Shown piece by piece: positions 40,849 to 54,913 of a DNA stretch of 64,000 nt (position 1 is the first letter of the stretch; each line of letters starts with the position of its first letter). The position numbers and the translations under genes are program-made. The DNA comes from Eledone cirrhosa (Eukaryota). The notes under the pieces were generated by a model, which was not told the origin of the DNA, did no database searches, and was given only the letters and a program-made list of their open reading frames with translations. Location: contig OZ024742.1 in the NCBI GenBank assembly GCA_964016885.1, forward strand, positions 317,936,001 to 318,000,000, given 5' to 3'.

Positions 40849-40918
40849 CATACATACACATATATATATATATATATATACATACATACACATATATATA
40901 TATACACATACATACATA

Positions 40919-40992
<74 letters not shown>

Positions 40993-41310
40993 CATACACA
41001 TATATATATACACACACATATATATATATACATACATACACATATATATATATATACATACATACATACATACATACATAAACATACATACATAAACATA
41101 CATATACATACATATATATATATATACATACATACATAAACATATATATACATACATAATCATACATATATAAACATACATATACATACATATATATATA
41201 TATACATACATACATAAACATACATATACATACATATATAAACATACATATACATACATATATATATACATACATACACATATATACATATATACATACA
41301 TACACATATA
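39090..41310. repeat. Compound (TA)n/CATACA satellite, ~2.2 kb
   Basis: Direct inspection. Confidence 0.95.
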
Positions 41311-41896
41311 TGGTGGCTGCCAACTCGTTTTCGAGTACGGCCACTACTTTATATCCATGTAGGAGGACCCCTACCGATGCGCTGAACGAGTGTGACTTTT
41401 TAGTCCAGCCAGCGACTTGAAAACTCTGGTACAAACACTACACTTGTGACATAGTGCTGGGCCCATGGTACCATGTGACGACAAGTGCAGAGAGATCTCC
41501 AGATATAAAGCAATGCCTGTGCCATGAAGCTTTTATAGTGAGCAAAGGCACTGCACAAAGCCAGTCCCACTCTCTTAACCAAGATGATATTTACCAAAAA
41601 GAAGAACAAGTCAACATCATTGGATACCATCAGAGTTGCAGGTGTTATATCAGAGTTTTCCTTCTCCTAGAATTCTGCCTTGACAAAGGCTAAGGGGTCA
41701 TCTCTCCCGGTGATTTTGGATGGCCATTGACTCTTAAGAGCTCCTTTGCCCTTTGACAGGTTTTGTTTTTAGTCCTGCAGGATGTCCAAAGTCACCCTCC
41801 TCACCGAGAAACCTTGGTGGGGTTGCCAGTTTAGTCACCAATGACCCGACCATGAGACAGGTTGTACTGGGATACATGTTACCAGTAGCACCAACT
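41311..41896 (-). mobile_element. ~590 bp repeat, copy 2
   Basis: Direct repeat of 38482-39080. Confidence 0.6.
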
Positions 41897-42023
41897 ATAT
41901 ATACATACATAAATATACACATATACATACATACATACATACATACACATATACATATACATACATATATATATACATACATACATACACATATATATAT
42001 ACATACATATATATGTGTGTATG

Positions 42024-42108
<85 letters not shown>

Positions 42109-42596
42109 ATGTATATATATATATATATATGTGTGTATATATATATGTGTATATATGTATATATTTGTATATATATATGTATGTATGTACATATATTTAT
42201 ATATGTACATATGTATGTATGTATATATGTGTATGTATGTATGTATGTATATATATATATATATGTATGTATATATATATATATATGTATGTATGTATGT
42301 ATATATATACATACATACATACATACATACATACATACATACATACATACATACATACATACATACATACATACAACGTAAAGAAGAAATAATGATTTAA
42401 TCTCTAAACTTCCTTTTCACTGCCGCAACCGCGGGAACGAGCCCCTACGTGGTCGCTGGAGCTGCGAGAAATAGAGACTAATCACCTGCAACTCATACAC
42501 TGTTGTTTTATTGATGTCATTTATATAACTCTAGATACACTATACCTTCATACAAAAACATGATGTCGCTCCTTCACTATGTTAGTTGCCTTAACA

Positions 42597-42654
<58 letters not shown>

Positions 42655-42656
<2 letters not shown>

Positions 42657-42841
42657 CGAAGGAAATGTGGTAAGGAACCAGGTGGACCATAACGCACCAA
42701 AGTACTCAATACTTGAGGTAGTAGAGTGGGGTAATAGGAACCAGTAAGACCCCGACAGCTGAGCTCAAGCCGTTTCGACGGCTATAGTCCAGAATTAGCC
42801 GTCGAAACGGCTTGAGCTCAGCTGTCGGGGTCTTACTGGTT

Positions 42842-42845
<4 letters not shown>
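42655..42845. mobile_element. TA-embedded palindromic unit carrying the 3' half of a hammerhead (family also at 3338-3442, 43731-43922, 47763-47902, 56002-56130, 56181-56385)
   Basis: GCCGTC-GAAA-CGGCT-TGAGCTC-AGCYG-TC-GGGGTC occurs in both orientations. Confidence 0.75.
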
Positions 42846-42901
<56 letters not shown>

Positions 42902-43639
42902 ATATATGTATATAGTAATTCTCCCGGCTCTTTACTGCTGACACTAAATCCCACTGAAGCCAAATTTCATCCTTCCTGGATCGATATATAAAGTTCCAGT
43001 AAAGTAGTAGGCTGGAGTGATTCTTCTCTCTCTCTCTCCCTCTCTCTCCCTCTCTCTCCCTCCCTCTCTCTCCCTCTCTCCCTCTCTCTCTCTCTCTCTA
43101 TCAGTCTCTTCTTTTCTCTATTTTACGCCCACTATCTCAGAATCGGTTTGCATTGCACAGTGAGAGAACCGTAAAGGCTGACCACTCATAGCAACCTTTG
43201 CCTCTTTGAAATCGAGATGGCTTCAGCAAGAATCTCATACCCTCTTTTCATATAACATTTTACAAAAGCTGTCCAAACCCATCAGCGATGGTAAGCGTAG
43301 ACTGAACGGTGAGATGTATAAGACGGAACAGTCTAACAGATATATGTATGTCTGTCTCTGTCTCTACTTTTATGACGAAAACGCATACTGAGTGATACGA
43401 TAAACAGAAATCTATAACTACAATTGTGAAATAGGTACTGGGACCAATATGTTAGACTACAGCCCTTGAAGGCGGTGCCTCAGCATCACTGCAGTACAAT
43501 AAATGAAACCAGTAAAAGAGTAAAAGAATATATATTTAGAAAAGTGAAATCTCTCTTCTGTATATATATATATATATATATATAAGTGTGTATGTATTAT
43601 ATATATATATACTTACATATATATACATATATACACATG

Positions 43640-43730
<91 letters not shown>

Positions 43731-43733
<3 letters not shown>

Positions 43734-43920
43734 AACGAGTAGGACCCCGACGGCTGAGCTCAAGCCGTTTCGACGGCTAATTCTGGAGTCCAGAATTAGC
43801 CGTTGAAACGGCTTGAGCTCAGCCGTCGGGGTCCTACTCGTTCCTATTACCTACTCTACTACCCTAAGTATTGAGTACTTTGGTGCGTTATGGGCCATCT
43901 GGTTCCTTACATTTCCTTCG

Positions 43921-43922
<2 letters not shown>
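43731..43922. mobile_element. Palindromic copy of the same half-hammerhead family
   Basis: Centre GGCTAATTCTGGA-G-TCCAGAATTAGCC. Confidence 0.75.
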
Positions 43923-43984
<62 letters not shown>

Positions 43985-45507
43985 GAGATTAGAGTGAAAT
44001 GTCTTAGTTAAGAACTTAATATTTCATTATTCATGAGTTTGTATTGTATATGCTTCATATATTAGCTGTAGAGAATAAGAACTAGCTCATCTGAAAATAT
44101 TACAAGATACACTAGTATCCTCACCAGAAATAAAATTAAAAAAACTAATGTCTCATCAGCTTAACGAAACACAATTGTTAGCTAAACACATATTAGCCCA
44201 TGTTGTTTGCGGAGCCATTTATCATTATCATATAAATAATCTGCGGTCTTGTGGCTATATAAGAAATCAATATCTACTGAAGTATATTACTGATCATAAT
44301 ACAATGAATACAATAATAAACTGATAGTCAGCGTTCTGAGACATGCAACAAGACAGAAAAATACATGCAAATATTTTTTCTCTCTTTGATTACTCAATCA
44401 GAAATAAAATAAAATAAAATACATCAAAAGCCTTGAATAGTATGTTGCATCAGCAACAATAATTTACACAGGCAATACAATGGCATCCATACACAAACCG
44501 GTGTAAAGTTTGTCTCCTGTGTAATCGACTGTAAATGTCCTCAATGAATTGTTGAAAGATGAATCTGAAGTCTTCAATAATAAAGATATTGATGTATAGT
44601 TTAAATATTAGAGAATTGCAGCACCAGCCTATGTATATCTTAAATTTGTATCTTGTTACTGCTATTGTACTGTGTTTATCACTAGAACAGTTATCATGGG
44701 ATGTTAGACTTGTCAACTCTACCCGTCCGACGGGGGATCTCCCACCCACTTTGGGGAGGGTGAGAGATGTCTTTTGTGAAAATGGGTATAGCTTTCATTA
44801 TGTAAAATCTCCCCCACTTTGCCTCATTTCTCCCCGTTTCGGGACCCTTCTTTTTATGGTACTCCCCGTTTGGAGTTTTAAAGGTTGGCAGGTCTGGGAT
44901 GATGTAGTTTAATTTGTCTTAAGGTACAAAACAGAGTTTACCGCAGTGAGCAGCAAGGTCACTGTATATTGAGAGCCCTAAATTTCCCATCACCAAACCT
45001 TGCGATTAATTGTAGAGATACTTCTTCACCAAATTGTTACTATATTTCCAATGGAAAACACTGCCTTATTTTCAAATAATTTTGAAAATAATCAAGAATT
45101 TGGAGAAATTAATTTCTCGCTATTAAGCTGATGTATGAGGAAAAACTTAACAAATTATGATGAAGGGGTTTTAGATAAATATAAACACTTTAAAACAGGT
45201 TTCTATCGTAGAACTGGGACGGTTTCTGGTGGTTTTCTATCAATATATAGTTAACGCAATACCACCTTGAAAACAATGATGAGCCTTGATACCATGCAAT
45301 AATTGCGAGGGATTAAACATATAGATTCTAAACATTATTATATTCAAACTTTAGATGGCTACCGGGTGTTGCCCGAGAAAAAGAGGAAATGTTCACAATT
45401 TCATTTTTTTTTTTTTAATGCAAATAATACATACATATGGTTTCGTGGGTGTTCTGAGTACAAAGTAGACACACACAGAGACAATTGACATATATATATA
45501 TATATAT

Positions 45508-46152
45508 AAAGAATCATCTGTACTCCACCAACATGCTAAAATAGAACATAAGGGTAAATTAGAGAATATAGAAATAAAAATAGAATCTACACACAGAAAA
45601 GACGCAATGTTTAGACAAATCACAGAGGCAATAAACATAAATGAACTCCAACCAAAATTAAATAGAAAACATGAATGGAACAGCAACATCACAACTTACA
45701 ATTAAGGACAAAATGAAAACACACACACACATAGAACAAACAACCAACCAGTAACATGTAAATAAACAAATAAATAAACAAATATAAACACACACAGACA
45801 CCCGGATGTAACACATGCGCAAACTAAGCACACAACACACACAAAAACAAGATGGCGTAGGACAGAACAAAGGAGAAGCACAAAAACAAAGAAAAGAATC
45901 CTCAGTCACTGAAGAGGTCACAGAATGTGTGACGAAAGAACTTTGACAATATATAAACAATCGTCTGGTTGTGGAACCAACCAACTGGAAATTTATAAAT
46001 TCCTAAATTTATAAATTTAATTTATAATAAATTGAAGCGAAAGCAACTGGTGCGTGTTTGTTATTGGCAACATGACCCTCCCAAAGCATAACAATATCGG
46101 TTTCAACACACGTTTTCAGATAAAGAATCTTGCTAAAAAAATTCAGAAACGA
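45508..46152 (+). mobile_element. Penelope-like 3' fragment and pLTR (unedited sister of 52723-54077) with a hammerhead at 45905-45947
   Basis: Encodes ..QITEAINI..PKLNRKHEW; GTCA-CTGAAGA-GGTCACA..TGTGAC-GAAA-GAAC-TT-TGAC. Confidence 0.85.
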
Positions 46153-46245
46153 AATATATATATATATAGAGAGAGAGAAAAAAAGATGAAATCGAAAATG
46201 CAACTGGAGTCTTATTTTTTTTTAAATATATATATTTATTTGGTT

Positions 46246-46282
46246 CCTTTACCGGTTTCGCAGTTCTTCTGCTTTTCAAAAG
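46246..46282 (-). ncRNA. Minimal hammerhead, U3-A8 variant (copy of 20879)
   Basis: Reverse complement of TTGAAAAGCAGAAGAACTGCGAAACCGGTAAAG. Confidence 0.7.
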
Positions 46283-47347
46283 TAGAGTTGAGATGGAGGG
46301 TCTGTGGGTTTTTTTTACATAGACATAGACAATTCTCTCGCTAACACAATGTATGAAAACCTCATGACGACAATGAAGGCTATAGATATTATTGTATAAA
46401 TATTCGATCAGCAGCTATTCTCACTTTTACACATTTTTCATTAATGCTAAGAATTATCAAAAACAAGTGAACACGTCAGCTCTTGTGTGGAATAAGAGCA
46501 CGGCTTAAGTCGTTTACTTCTTGCCTAAAAGCATATGATCAATTTTTTATCAGTTTTCAAGGGGGAGTTGAAACCTGTTAAAAAAAAAATTAACCTTTAT
46601 CATGATGATCCAATTACTACCACACTACTCATACATTCATTTATGCAAGAGTAAATAGAATATAGAAATATAAAAATGGAAATAATGAAATTTTGCCTTA
46701 AGAGCTCATATCCATGACTCACACTGTCATTTCGATTGTAATTGAATTACTTTCACTGCATATTTCATATTAACACAATTATTGGAGTAAAAAGCTATTT
46801 ATAAACATAGTATTACGAACACATACATATACATACACATACATAAAAAATTAGTTCGTACAACGGTTCGATTCTGGTTTGTTAATTTCGTCAATATTTA
46901 TAGACTATAACGATATAAAATTATAGCATTCTTACAACATGGATTTTTAGAAGTAACACACTTAATAAATATGCGAGGTGGAGGTAGATACAGCCTGAAT
47001 GAACGGTTAAGAACTTTACTTTGCAACCATAAGATTCCGGTTTCTATCCGAGTGTGTGGCATCTCGGGCAAGTTTCATCTACTAGGGTCTTGGGTTGACC
47101 CATGTATTATGAAGGAAATTGAATAGACGAAAGTTGTTTGGAAGCTCATCGGATGGAATGTACCTGAAATTCAAATAAACACCCTTGTCATACAATATGT
47201 CATACTGAATCTCCCTGAGAATTACGTAAAGGGTACACGTGTCTGCGGAATGCTCAATATCACGGGCAGGCTATTGATAGGACATCTGGACTGACGGAAA
47301 TCTGTTCCATATATATGATATGATATATATATATATATATATAAACA

Positions 47348-47422
<75 letters not shown>

Positions 47423-47900
47423 TAGGAACGATCGACTTTCGTCAAATCGGACCGAGGAAACAGTGTTTCCGTTGGTCTTTCCAATTGCTAATACTATCTA
47501 TCGGTCGCAACTCCAGGTAGAAGGAGCAACGTGAAATAAAATGTCTTGCTCAAGGACATAACGCATTGCCTGGTCCAGGAATGAACTCACAACCTTTTGA
47601 TTGCGAATCAAACATATATATATATATATATGGTTTAGCCACCATCTCCACTACTAATTTGCAACCACAGAATTACTACTGATTTTTGACAATCACTTTG
47701 ACCATATATGGAATTACCCCTTGAGAAGATCGGCTATTTAAATACCAGGATAAATTTTCATTTAGTCCAGAATTAGCCGTCGAAACGGCTTGAGCTCAGC
47801 TGTCGGGGTCTTACTGGTTCCTATTACCCACTCTACTACCTCAAGTATTGAGTACTTTGGTGCGTTATGGTCCACCTGGTTCCTTACCACATTTCTTTCG

Positions 47901-47964
<64 letters not shown>

Positions 47965-47975
47965 GTATATATGTA

Positions 47976-48068
<93 letters not shown>

Positions 48069-48085
48069 ATATATATATATATGTA

Positions 48086-48122
<37 letters not shown>

Positions 48123-48161
48123 TGTTTATATATCATATATATGGAACAGATAGATAGATAT

Positions 48162-48197
<36 letters not shown>

Positions 48198-48237
48198 CTG
48201 TTTATATATCATATATATGGAACAGATAGATAGATAT

Positions 48238-48273
<36 letters not shown>

Positions 48274-48322
48274 CTGTTTATATATATATATATATATATA
48301 TATCATATCATATATATGGAAC

Positions 48323-48401
<79 letters not shown>

Positions 48402-48499
48402 ATTGGAAGCACTCTACAGATAAATATTTTCCAGATTAATATTAAAATATTTTCCAGATTAATATTAAAATACTCTACAGATAAATATTTTCCAAATTA

Positions 48500-48929
48500 A
48501 TATTAAAATACAAATATTAATAAAATAGATGTTCGTTTGATCAATTTAATTGTATTATACATATTTGTCATCGTTGCCTTCATAAACTGTAATAAAATTA
48601 TAATTCCAGAGACGTCTTCCTCGATAATCATAATTTGTAGTATCCCACATTTTAAAATCTCTATAACTGTTACATTAAAGCAACGTTTTCCTTACTCATA
48701 CCTTCTCTATTGAATTTATTATGTTTTCGCATTTTCTCATTATTAGGGTATAAATGTTGAGTTTTCTCATAGGTTAATCACTACCTTGATTAAATCTTAA
48801 CCATTTAACATCTCAGGGTATGTCATGTATCACTATATTTTGTCTGATGAGGACGTACTGTTGTACCTCTGAAATATGTATAATAAAATTTAATTGATCA
48901 AAAGAACATCTATTTTATTAATATTTATA

Positions 48930-48936
<7 letters not shown>
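48500..48936. mobile_element. Short inverted-repeat unit of the 11922-15262 family, with a hammerhead at 48837-48889 (+)
   Basis: Same terminus and CTGATGAGGACGTACTGTTGTAC..GAAATATGTATAATAAAAT. Confidence 0.8.
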
Positions 48937-49000
<64 letters not shown>

Positions 49001-49002
<2 letters not shown>

Positions 49003-49519
49003 TTTCTGAATTTGTTTAGCAAGATTCTTTATCTGAAAACATGTGTTGAAACCAATATTGTTATTCTTTGGGAGGGTCATGTTGCCAATAAGAAACACAT
49101 GCACCAGTTGCTTTCACTTCAATTTATTATAATAAATTTATAAATTTCTGGTTGGTTGGTTGGTTGGTTCCACAACCAGATGATTGTTTATATATTGTCA
49201 ATGTTCTTTCGTCACACATTCTGTAACCTCTTCAGTGACTGGGGATTCTTTTCTTTGTTTTTGTGCCTCTCCTTTGTTCTGTCCTACGCCATCTTGTTTT
49301 TTGGCACAAAAACAAAGAAAAGAATCCCCAGTCACTGAAGAGGTCACAGAATGTGTGACGAAAGAACTTTGAAAATATATAAACAATCATCTGGTTGTGG
49401 AACCAACCAACCAACCAGAAATTTATAAATTCTTAAATTTATAAATTTATTATAATAAATTGAAGTGAAAGCAACTGGTGCGTGTGTTTCTTATTGGCAA
49501 CATGACCCTCCCAAAGTAT

Positions 49520-49527
<8 letters not shown>
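49001..49527. mobile_element. Inverted (head-to-head) Penelope pLTR pair, with hammerheads at 49197-49239 (-) and 49331-49372 (+)
   Basis: Both arms match 45845-46152; flanked by (TA)n. Confidence 0.85.
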
Positions 49528-49563
<36 letters not shown>

Positions 49564-49567
<4 letters not shown>

Positions 49568-50848
49568 GGAAAAGGGTGAAACGAAATTTCATTTCTCACT
49601 CTTAGTATGGCTGGTACTTAAATGTAAGTATGTATGTATACGTACATCCATATATGTATACAGACGTACAGTAGTATGTATATATATACATGCATGCACA
49701 CATATATATATGTACGTATGGGTTTACCGAACATTTATTATAATGCTCGGTTTGTTTGTAAACAATCAGCCCGTATTACGCCGTACAGTGTTCAGGCAAC
49801 CATCGTCACCTTTTTTGTTCAACACTGACACAGGAACGATGTACTAGTTTCAAGCTTATTAGCTATCGTCAGCATCGTATACCTTTCTGTCAGATGGTTG
49901 AACGTCTGAAAGTATTTACTTTCCTTATGCATATTAACCGCTGAGCAGCCTAATTTGCATATCGAGTGAGTTAGTCAGCCGGGCGCACCGAAAACGATAA
50001 ATGGAAAAGAATGAAACGAAATTTCATTTCCCACTCTTAGTACAGCTGGTACTTAAATGTAAGTATGTATGTATACGTACATACATATATGTATACAGAC
50101 GTACAGTAGTATGTATATATATACATACATGCACACATATATATAGGTACGTATGGGTTTACAGAACATTTATTATAATACTCGGTTTGTTTGTAAACAA
50201 ACAGCCCGAATTACGCCGTACAGTGTTTAGCAACCATCGTTGCCCTTTTGTTCAACACTGACACAGGAACGATATACTAGTTTGAAGCTTATTAGCTATC
50301 GTCAGCATCGTATACCTTCTTGCCAGATGGTTGAACGTCTGTCAGATGGTTGAACGGGCTGTTTGTTTACAAACAAACCGAGCATTATAATAAATGTTCG
50401 GTAAACCCATACGTACATATATATATATGTGTATGTATGTATATATATACATACTACTGTACGTCTGTATACATCTATGTATGTACGTATACATACATAC
50501 TTGTATTTATATATATATATATATAAATGTAAGTATGTATTCGTACATACATATATATGTATACAGACGTACAGTAGTATGTATATATATACATACATAC
50601 ACACATATATATATATGTACGTATGGGTTTACCGAACATTTATTATAATATTCAGTTTGTTTGTAAACAAACAGCATAAATGTCCGGTAAACCCATACGT
50701 ACATATATATATATGTGTGCATGTTTGTATATATATATACATACTACTGTACGTCTGTATACATATATGTATGTACGTATACATACTTGTATTTAAGTAT
50801 CAGCCGTACTAAGAGTGAGAAATGAAATTTCGTTTCATTCTTTTCCAT
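49564..50848. mobile_element. Tandem (433 bp period) and inverted copies of a hammerhead-bearing repeat, retrozyme/pLTR-like
   Basis: 49564-49908 is repeated at 49998-50340, and inverted copies run to 50848. Confidence 0.75.
49836..49878 (-). ncRNA. Type I hammerhead ribozyme (mutated copy at 50269-50311)
   Basis: ACGATG-CTGACGA-TAGCT-AATA-AGCTT-GAAA-CTAG-TA-CATCGT. Confidence 0.8.
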
Positions 50849-51105
50849 ATATATATATATATATTCTTCTTCACCTACTTATTCCTAAGAGGGTCGTGGG
50901 GGAAGAGTTCTCAAACACTCCTTCCAGTTGTACCTGTCAGAAGCAACCGTATCCAACTATTTTACTTTTGTCTATATTATATTTATATAGAGAGAGAGAA
51001 TCAGTCAGATCCACACAATGATCGCGTCTCGAGCTGTCCGCCGGGGAAACAATTGTAACACACAGTAAATTGAGTTCAGATGCATCACTGATTTTTCGTT
51101 TTCTA

Positions 51106-51144
<39 letters not shown>

Positions 51145-51241
51145 CAGTATATATATATATATATATATACAGTATATATATATATATATATAATACTGTA
51201 TATATATATATATACAGTATATATATATATATATATATACA

Positions 51242-51368
<127 letters not shown>

Positions 51369-51449
51369 TATATATATATATATACGTTATTCCGGGTTGA
51401 ATCGGAGGTAACCACAGTAAGTAAGGTACTCAATACATAGCAGAGTATA

Positions 51450-52009
51450 ACAGTTTTAATATAGATGAGATTCTACAGGACTAGAACTGTTTCATTAATT
51501 TGAAATCATCAGGAATCTGGGTATCAAAAAATAAATATGGTATTTATAGGTCTCTACAAGTGGTAGGAGAGGGTGGGGAGTGGGATGGGTGCAGGTCATT
51601 GGTTGATAGAAAAGGGAATTCATTAAAAGCTAATTCTACAAAGCTATAGTTTATTTTTATTTTTATTTTTATTTTTATTTATTTATGTTTTTAGAGTAAC
51701 AAGGGCAGACAGAATTCTATAAACAGGTTCCGGATGGCCTACCATTCCTTGTCAATAAGTTTACTCTAAAAACATAAATAAATAAAAATTAAAATAAAAA
51801 TAAAAATAAACTATAGCTTTGTAGAATTAGCTTTTAATGAATTCCCTTTTCTATCAACCAATGACCTGCACCCATCCCACTCCCCACCCTCTCCTACCAC
51901 TTGTAGAGACCTATAAATACCATATTTATTTTTTGATACCCAGATTCCTGATGATTTCAAATGAATGAAACAGTTCTAGTCCTGTAGAATCTCATCTATA
52001 TTAAAACTA
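51450..52009. mobile_element. Inverted repeat (~245 bp arms) with hammerheads at both outer ends
   Basis: 51450-51700 is the reverse complement of 51760-52009; AGATTC-CTGATGA-TTTCAAATGAAT-GAAA-CAG..CTG-TA-GAATCT at 51942-51992. Confidence 0.85.
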
Positions 52010-52031
52010 TATATATATATATATATATACA

Positions 52032-52069
<38 letters not shown>

Positions 52070-52085
52070 TGTATATATATATACA

Positions 52086-52179
<94 letters not shown>

Positions 52180-52396
52180 TATATATATATATATATATAT
52201 AATTAATAGATATATATAATTGATATATATAAATTATTATATATATATATATACTGTATATATATATAGAGAGAGAGAGAGCGTGAAATTAATAAACATT
52301 CGTTGTACTGCCTCTCTGTTTTGTCCCTGTTCAAATTTTTCCATTATATATATACACGATATTAATAAATGGAAACTATATTTATAAAACCATATT

Positions 52397-52461
52397 TATT
52401 TCATTATACATATTTCAGGGATACCAAATTAAATTATGGTATGCCTTCATCAGACAAAATA
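52397..52461 (-). ncRNA. Type I hammerhead ribozyme
   Basis: TATTTTGT-CTGATGA-AGGCATACCA..TGGTATCCCT-GAAA-TATGTA-TA-ATGAAATA. Confidence 0.8.
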
Positions 52462-52628
52462 CAATATATAACAGTTTTACAAATAAGCTTTGACGTACCC
52501 TTTTAAAATGCAACCATTATTAATATCGATATTAATATCGTATATCTACTCCAAATACTTGTCGAGTGCTTTATATCAGTTATAAAAATATTTACTTGTT
52601 GTATCCCAACAATTTTAAATAGAACTTT

Positions 52629-52675
<47 letters not shown>

Positions 52676-52722
52676 TAGATATATATATAATTGATATATA
52701 TAAATGATTATATCTATATATA

Positions 52723-54077
52723 TAGAGAGCTCTGGTTGGATACCGTTGGCAATAAAAGGCGGGTCCTCCATTCCCATTGTGCCAGACCCATGACTTCCAG
52801 GCATCTGATCCACCGAGGCTCGGCCGTTTCGGACCATGCCGGAATCAACATACTGATTGCGGATTTGGTACGGGTGATGGGAGACGTGTCCCGCATGTGC
52901 GGCCCCGGGGGGCTGGAGAGACACGTGCAGCACTTCATCCACCGTGTGCAGTTCTCTGGCTGCAGTCGGAGAGATGGGGTCAGAGTGTATGGAGGGGCCA
53001 GAATCAGGTGGGGAGGGGTGGTAAATGGTGACATAGATGGGACCTGCCCCTTGTGTGGGAGCAGGTTTTGGAATGGAGTAGAGAGAACTGGGAGCAAGGC
53101 TGGTGGAGTGGACTCATGGTATGGTGGCAATGGGTGCCAGAGTGTGGTGTTCGTCGATACAGCCCCTGGAGGGGAATTGGCTTACAAATTTGGAGGGGCC
53201 CTGAGCAAACATGGACTCGGTATTAAGATGGTGGAGGGGCCAGATGCCTCCGTGGGGGCACTTGTTGGCAGGACATGCCCTTTTCGGGGGCCCTCATGTA
53301 TGGATGGGAAATGTGTGGCCTGTAAAATGAGCCCCCATGTTGACTGCAAGGCTGGAAATGTGGTGTATGGCATGGGATGTGCTGAGGGACAGTGTGGAGA
53401 CAAAAATGTAGTGTACGTGGGTGAGACGGCTCGTAGTGCGGGGGAACGGGTGGGTGAACACTGGCGGGACCTTCGGGATAGTAAAGAATCATCTGTACTC
53501 TGCCAACATGCTAAGATAGAACACAAGGGTAAATTAGAGAACATAGAGGTAAAAATAGAATCTACACACGGAGAGGACGCAATGTTTAGACAAATTACAG
53601 AGGCAATGGACATAAAAGAATTACAACCAAAGTTAAATAGAAGGTGTGGGTGGAACAGCAACATCACAACTTGCAGTTAGGGACAAGGGGGAGACACACA
53701 CACACGGAGCAGGCGGCCAGCCGGTGGCATGTAAATAAACAAATAAATAAATGAACATAGGCACACACAGACACCCGGATGTGGCGCATGCGCAGACTGA
53801 GCACACAACACACACACAGAAACAAAATGGCGTAGGACAGAACAAAGGAGAGGCACAGAAACAAGGAAAGGAATCCCCAGTCACTGAAGAGGTCACAGAG
53901 TGTGTGACGAAAGAACTATGACAATATATAAACAACTATCTGGTTGTGGAACCAACCAACCAACCAGAAATTTATAAATTTATAAATTTATTATAAATTT
54001 ATTATAATAAATTGAAGTGAAAGCAACTGGTGCGTGTGTTTCTTATTGGCAACATGACCCTCCCAAAGTATAACAAT
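52723..54077 (+). mobile_element. 5'-truncated Penelope-like retroelement (RT thumb, GIY-YIG, pLTR), A-to-G hypermutated
   Basis: ORF 52691-53680: CVACK..DCKAGNVVY..YVGETARS..ERVGEH..QITEA..PKLN; (TA)n on both sides. Confidence 0.9.
53880..53922 (+). ncRNA. Type I hammerhead in the Penelope pLTR
   Basis: GTCA-CTGAAGA-GGTCACA-GAGTG-TGTGAC-GAAA-GAAC-TA-TGAC. Confidence 0.8.
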
Positions 54078-54195
54078 ATATATATATATATTTATTAAAA
54101 TAACAGATTAAAGTTTAAGCAAAGAATCGCTGCTTTTGATATATATTTATCCTTATCGAGCCCTCTTTGGATTTTATTCTTCAAATTTATATTAT

Positions 54196-54274
<79 letters not shown>

Positions 54275-54469
54275 CATTTCATCAGATAAGAATAGGGCTA
54301 GCTCTATAACAGGTTCAGCTAGTATGGGGAGTATTAAGGATAATTTGCTACTGACGTAATTCTTTGTTATGGCTGTTTCTTCTCTATAGAAAACACTATA
54401 GAATTAACATTTCAAACACAGCTCTGCGTTGACCAGTATCGAAAACAACATAGACTGACGATTGAATAA

Positions 54470-54602
54470 TTGTTTCTACGTTTGGCACAAGGCCAGCAAT
54501 TACCCAGAGCATTACTGGTACTTTATTTTATCGACCCCGTAAGGATGAAAGGCAAAGTTAACCTCGGCGGGATTTGAACTCAGAATGGCAAGGGCCGTAA
54601 CT
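54470..54602 (-). mobile_element. SINE, 5'-truncated
   Basis: Matches the family consensus. Confidence 0.8.
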
Positions 54603-54698
54603 CTTCAATAATATCCAGTAGATAGATTGAGAAATACATATTCAGTAAGTTACATAGATATCCATCGCATAATATACATATTTATAATATACACACAC

Positions 54699-54835
<137 letters not shown>

Positions 54836-54913
54836 AAGTATTGAAGTTTCCGTTGAAAATTGAAAAAGTCATAGGAGTGAAGAGTGCTCTATGTAAGTTA
54901 CAGAGCTAAATGT

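Noticed and set aside
38918-41434. 838 aa and other long YI/CV/HT-rich ORFs
   Set aside because: These are translations of (TA)n/(CA)n satellites; the same applies to similar ORFs throughout the window.
44477-44530. QWHPYTNRCKVCLLCN, resembling a Penelope C-terminus
   Set aside because: Too short and isolated to support a feature.
45508-45925. APOBEC-like G>A hypermutation of this copy as the alternative explanation
   Set aside because: The third copy and protein plausibility indicate that A is ancestral, so the change lies in the 52723 copy.
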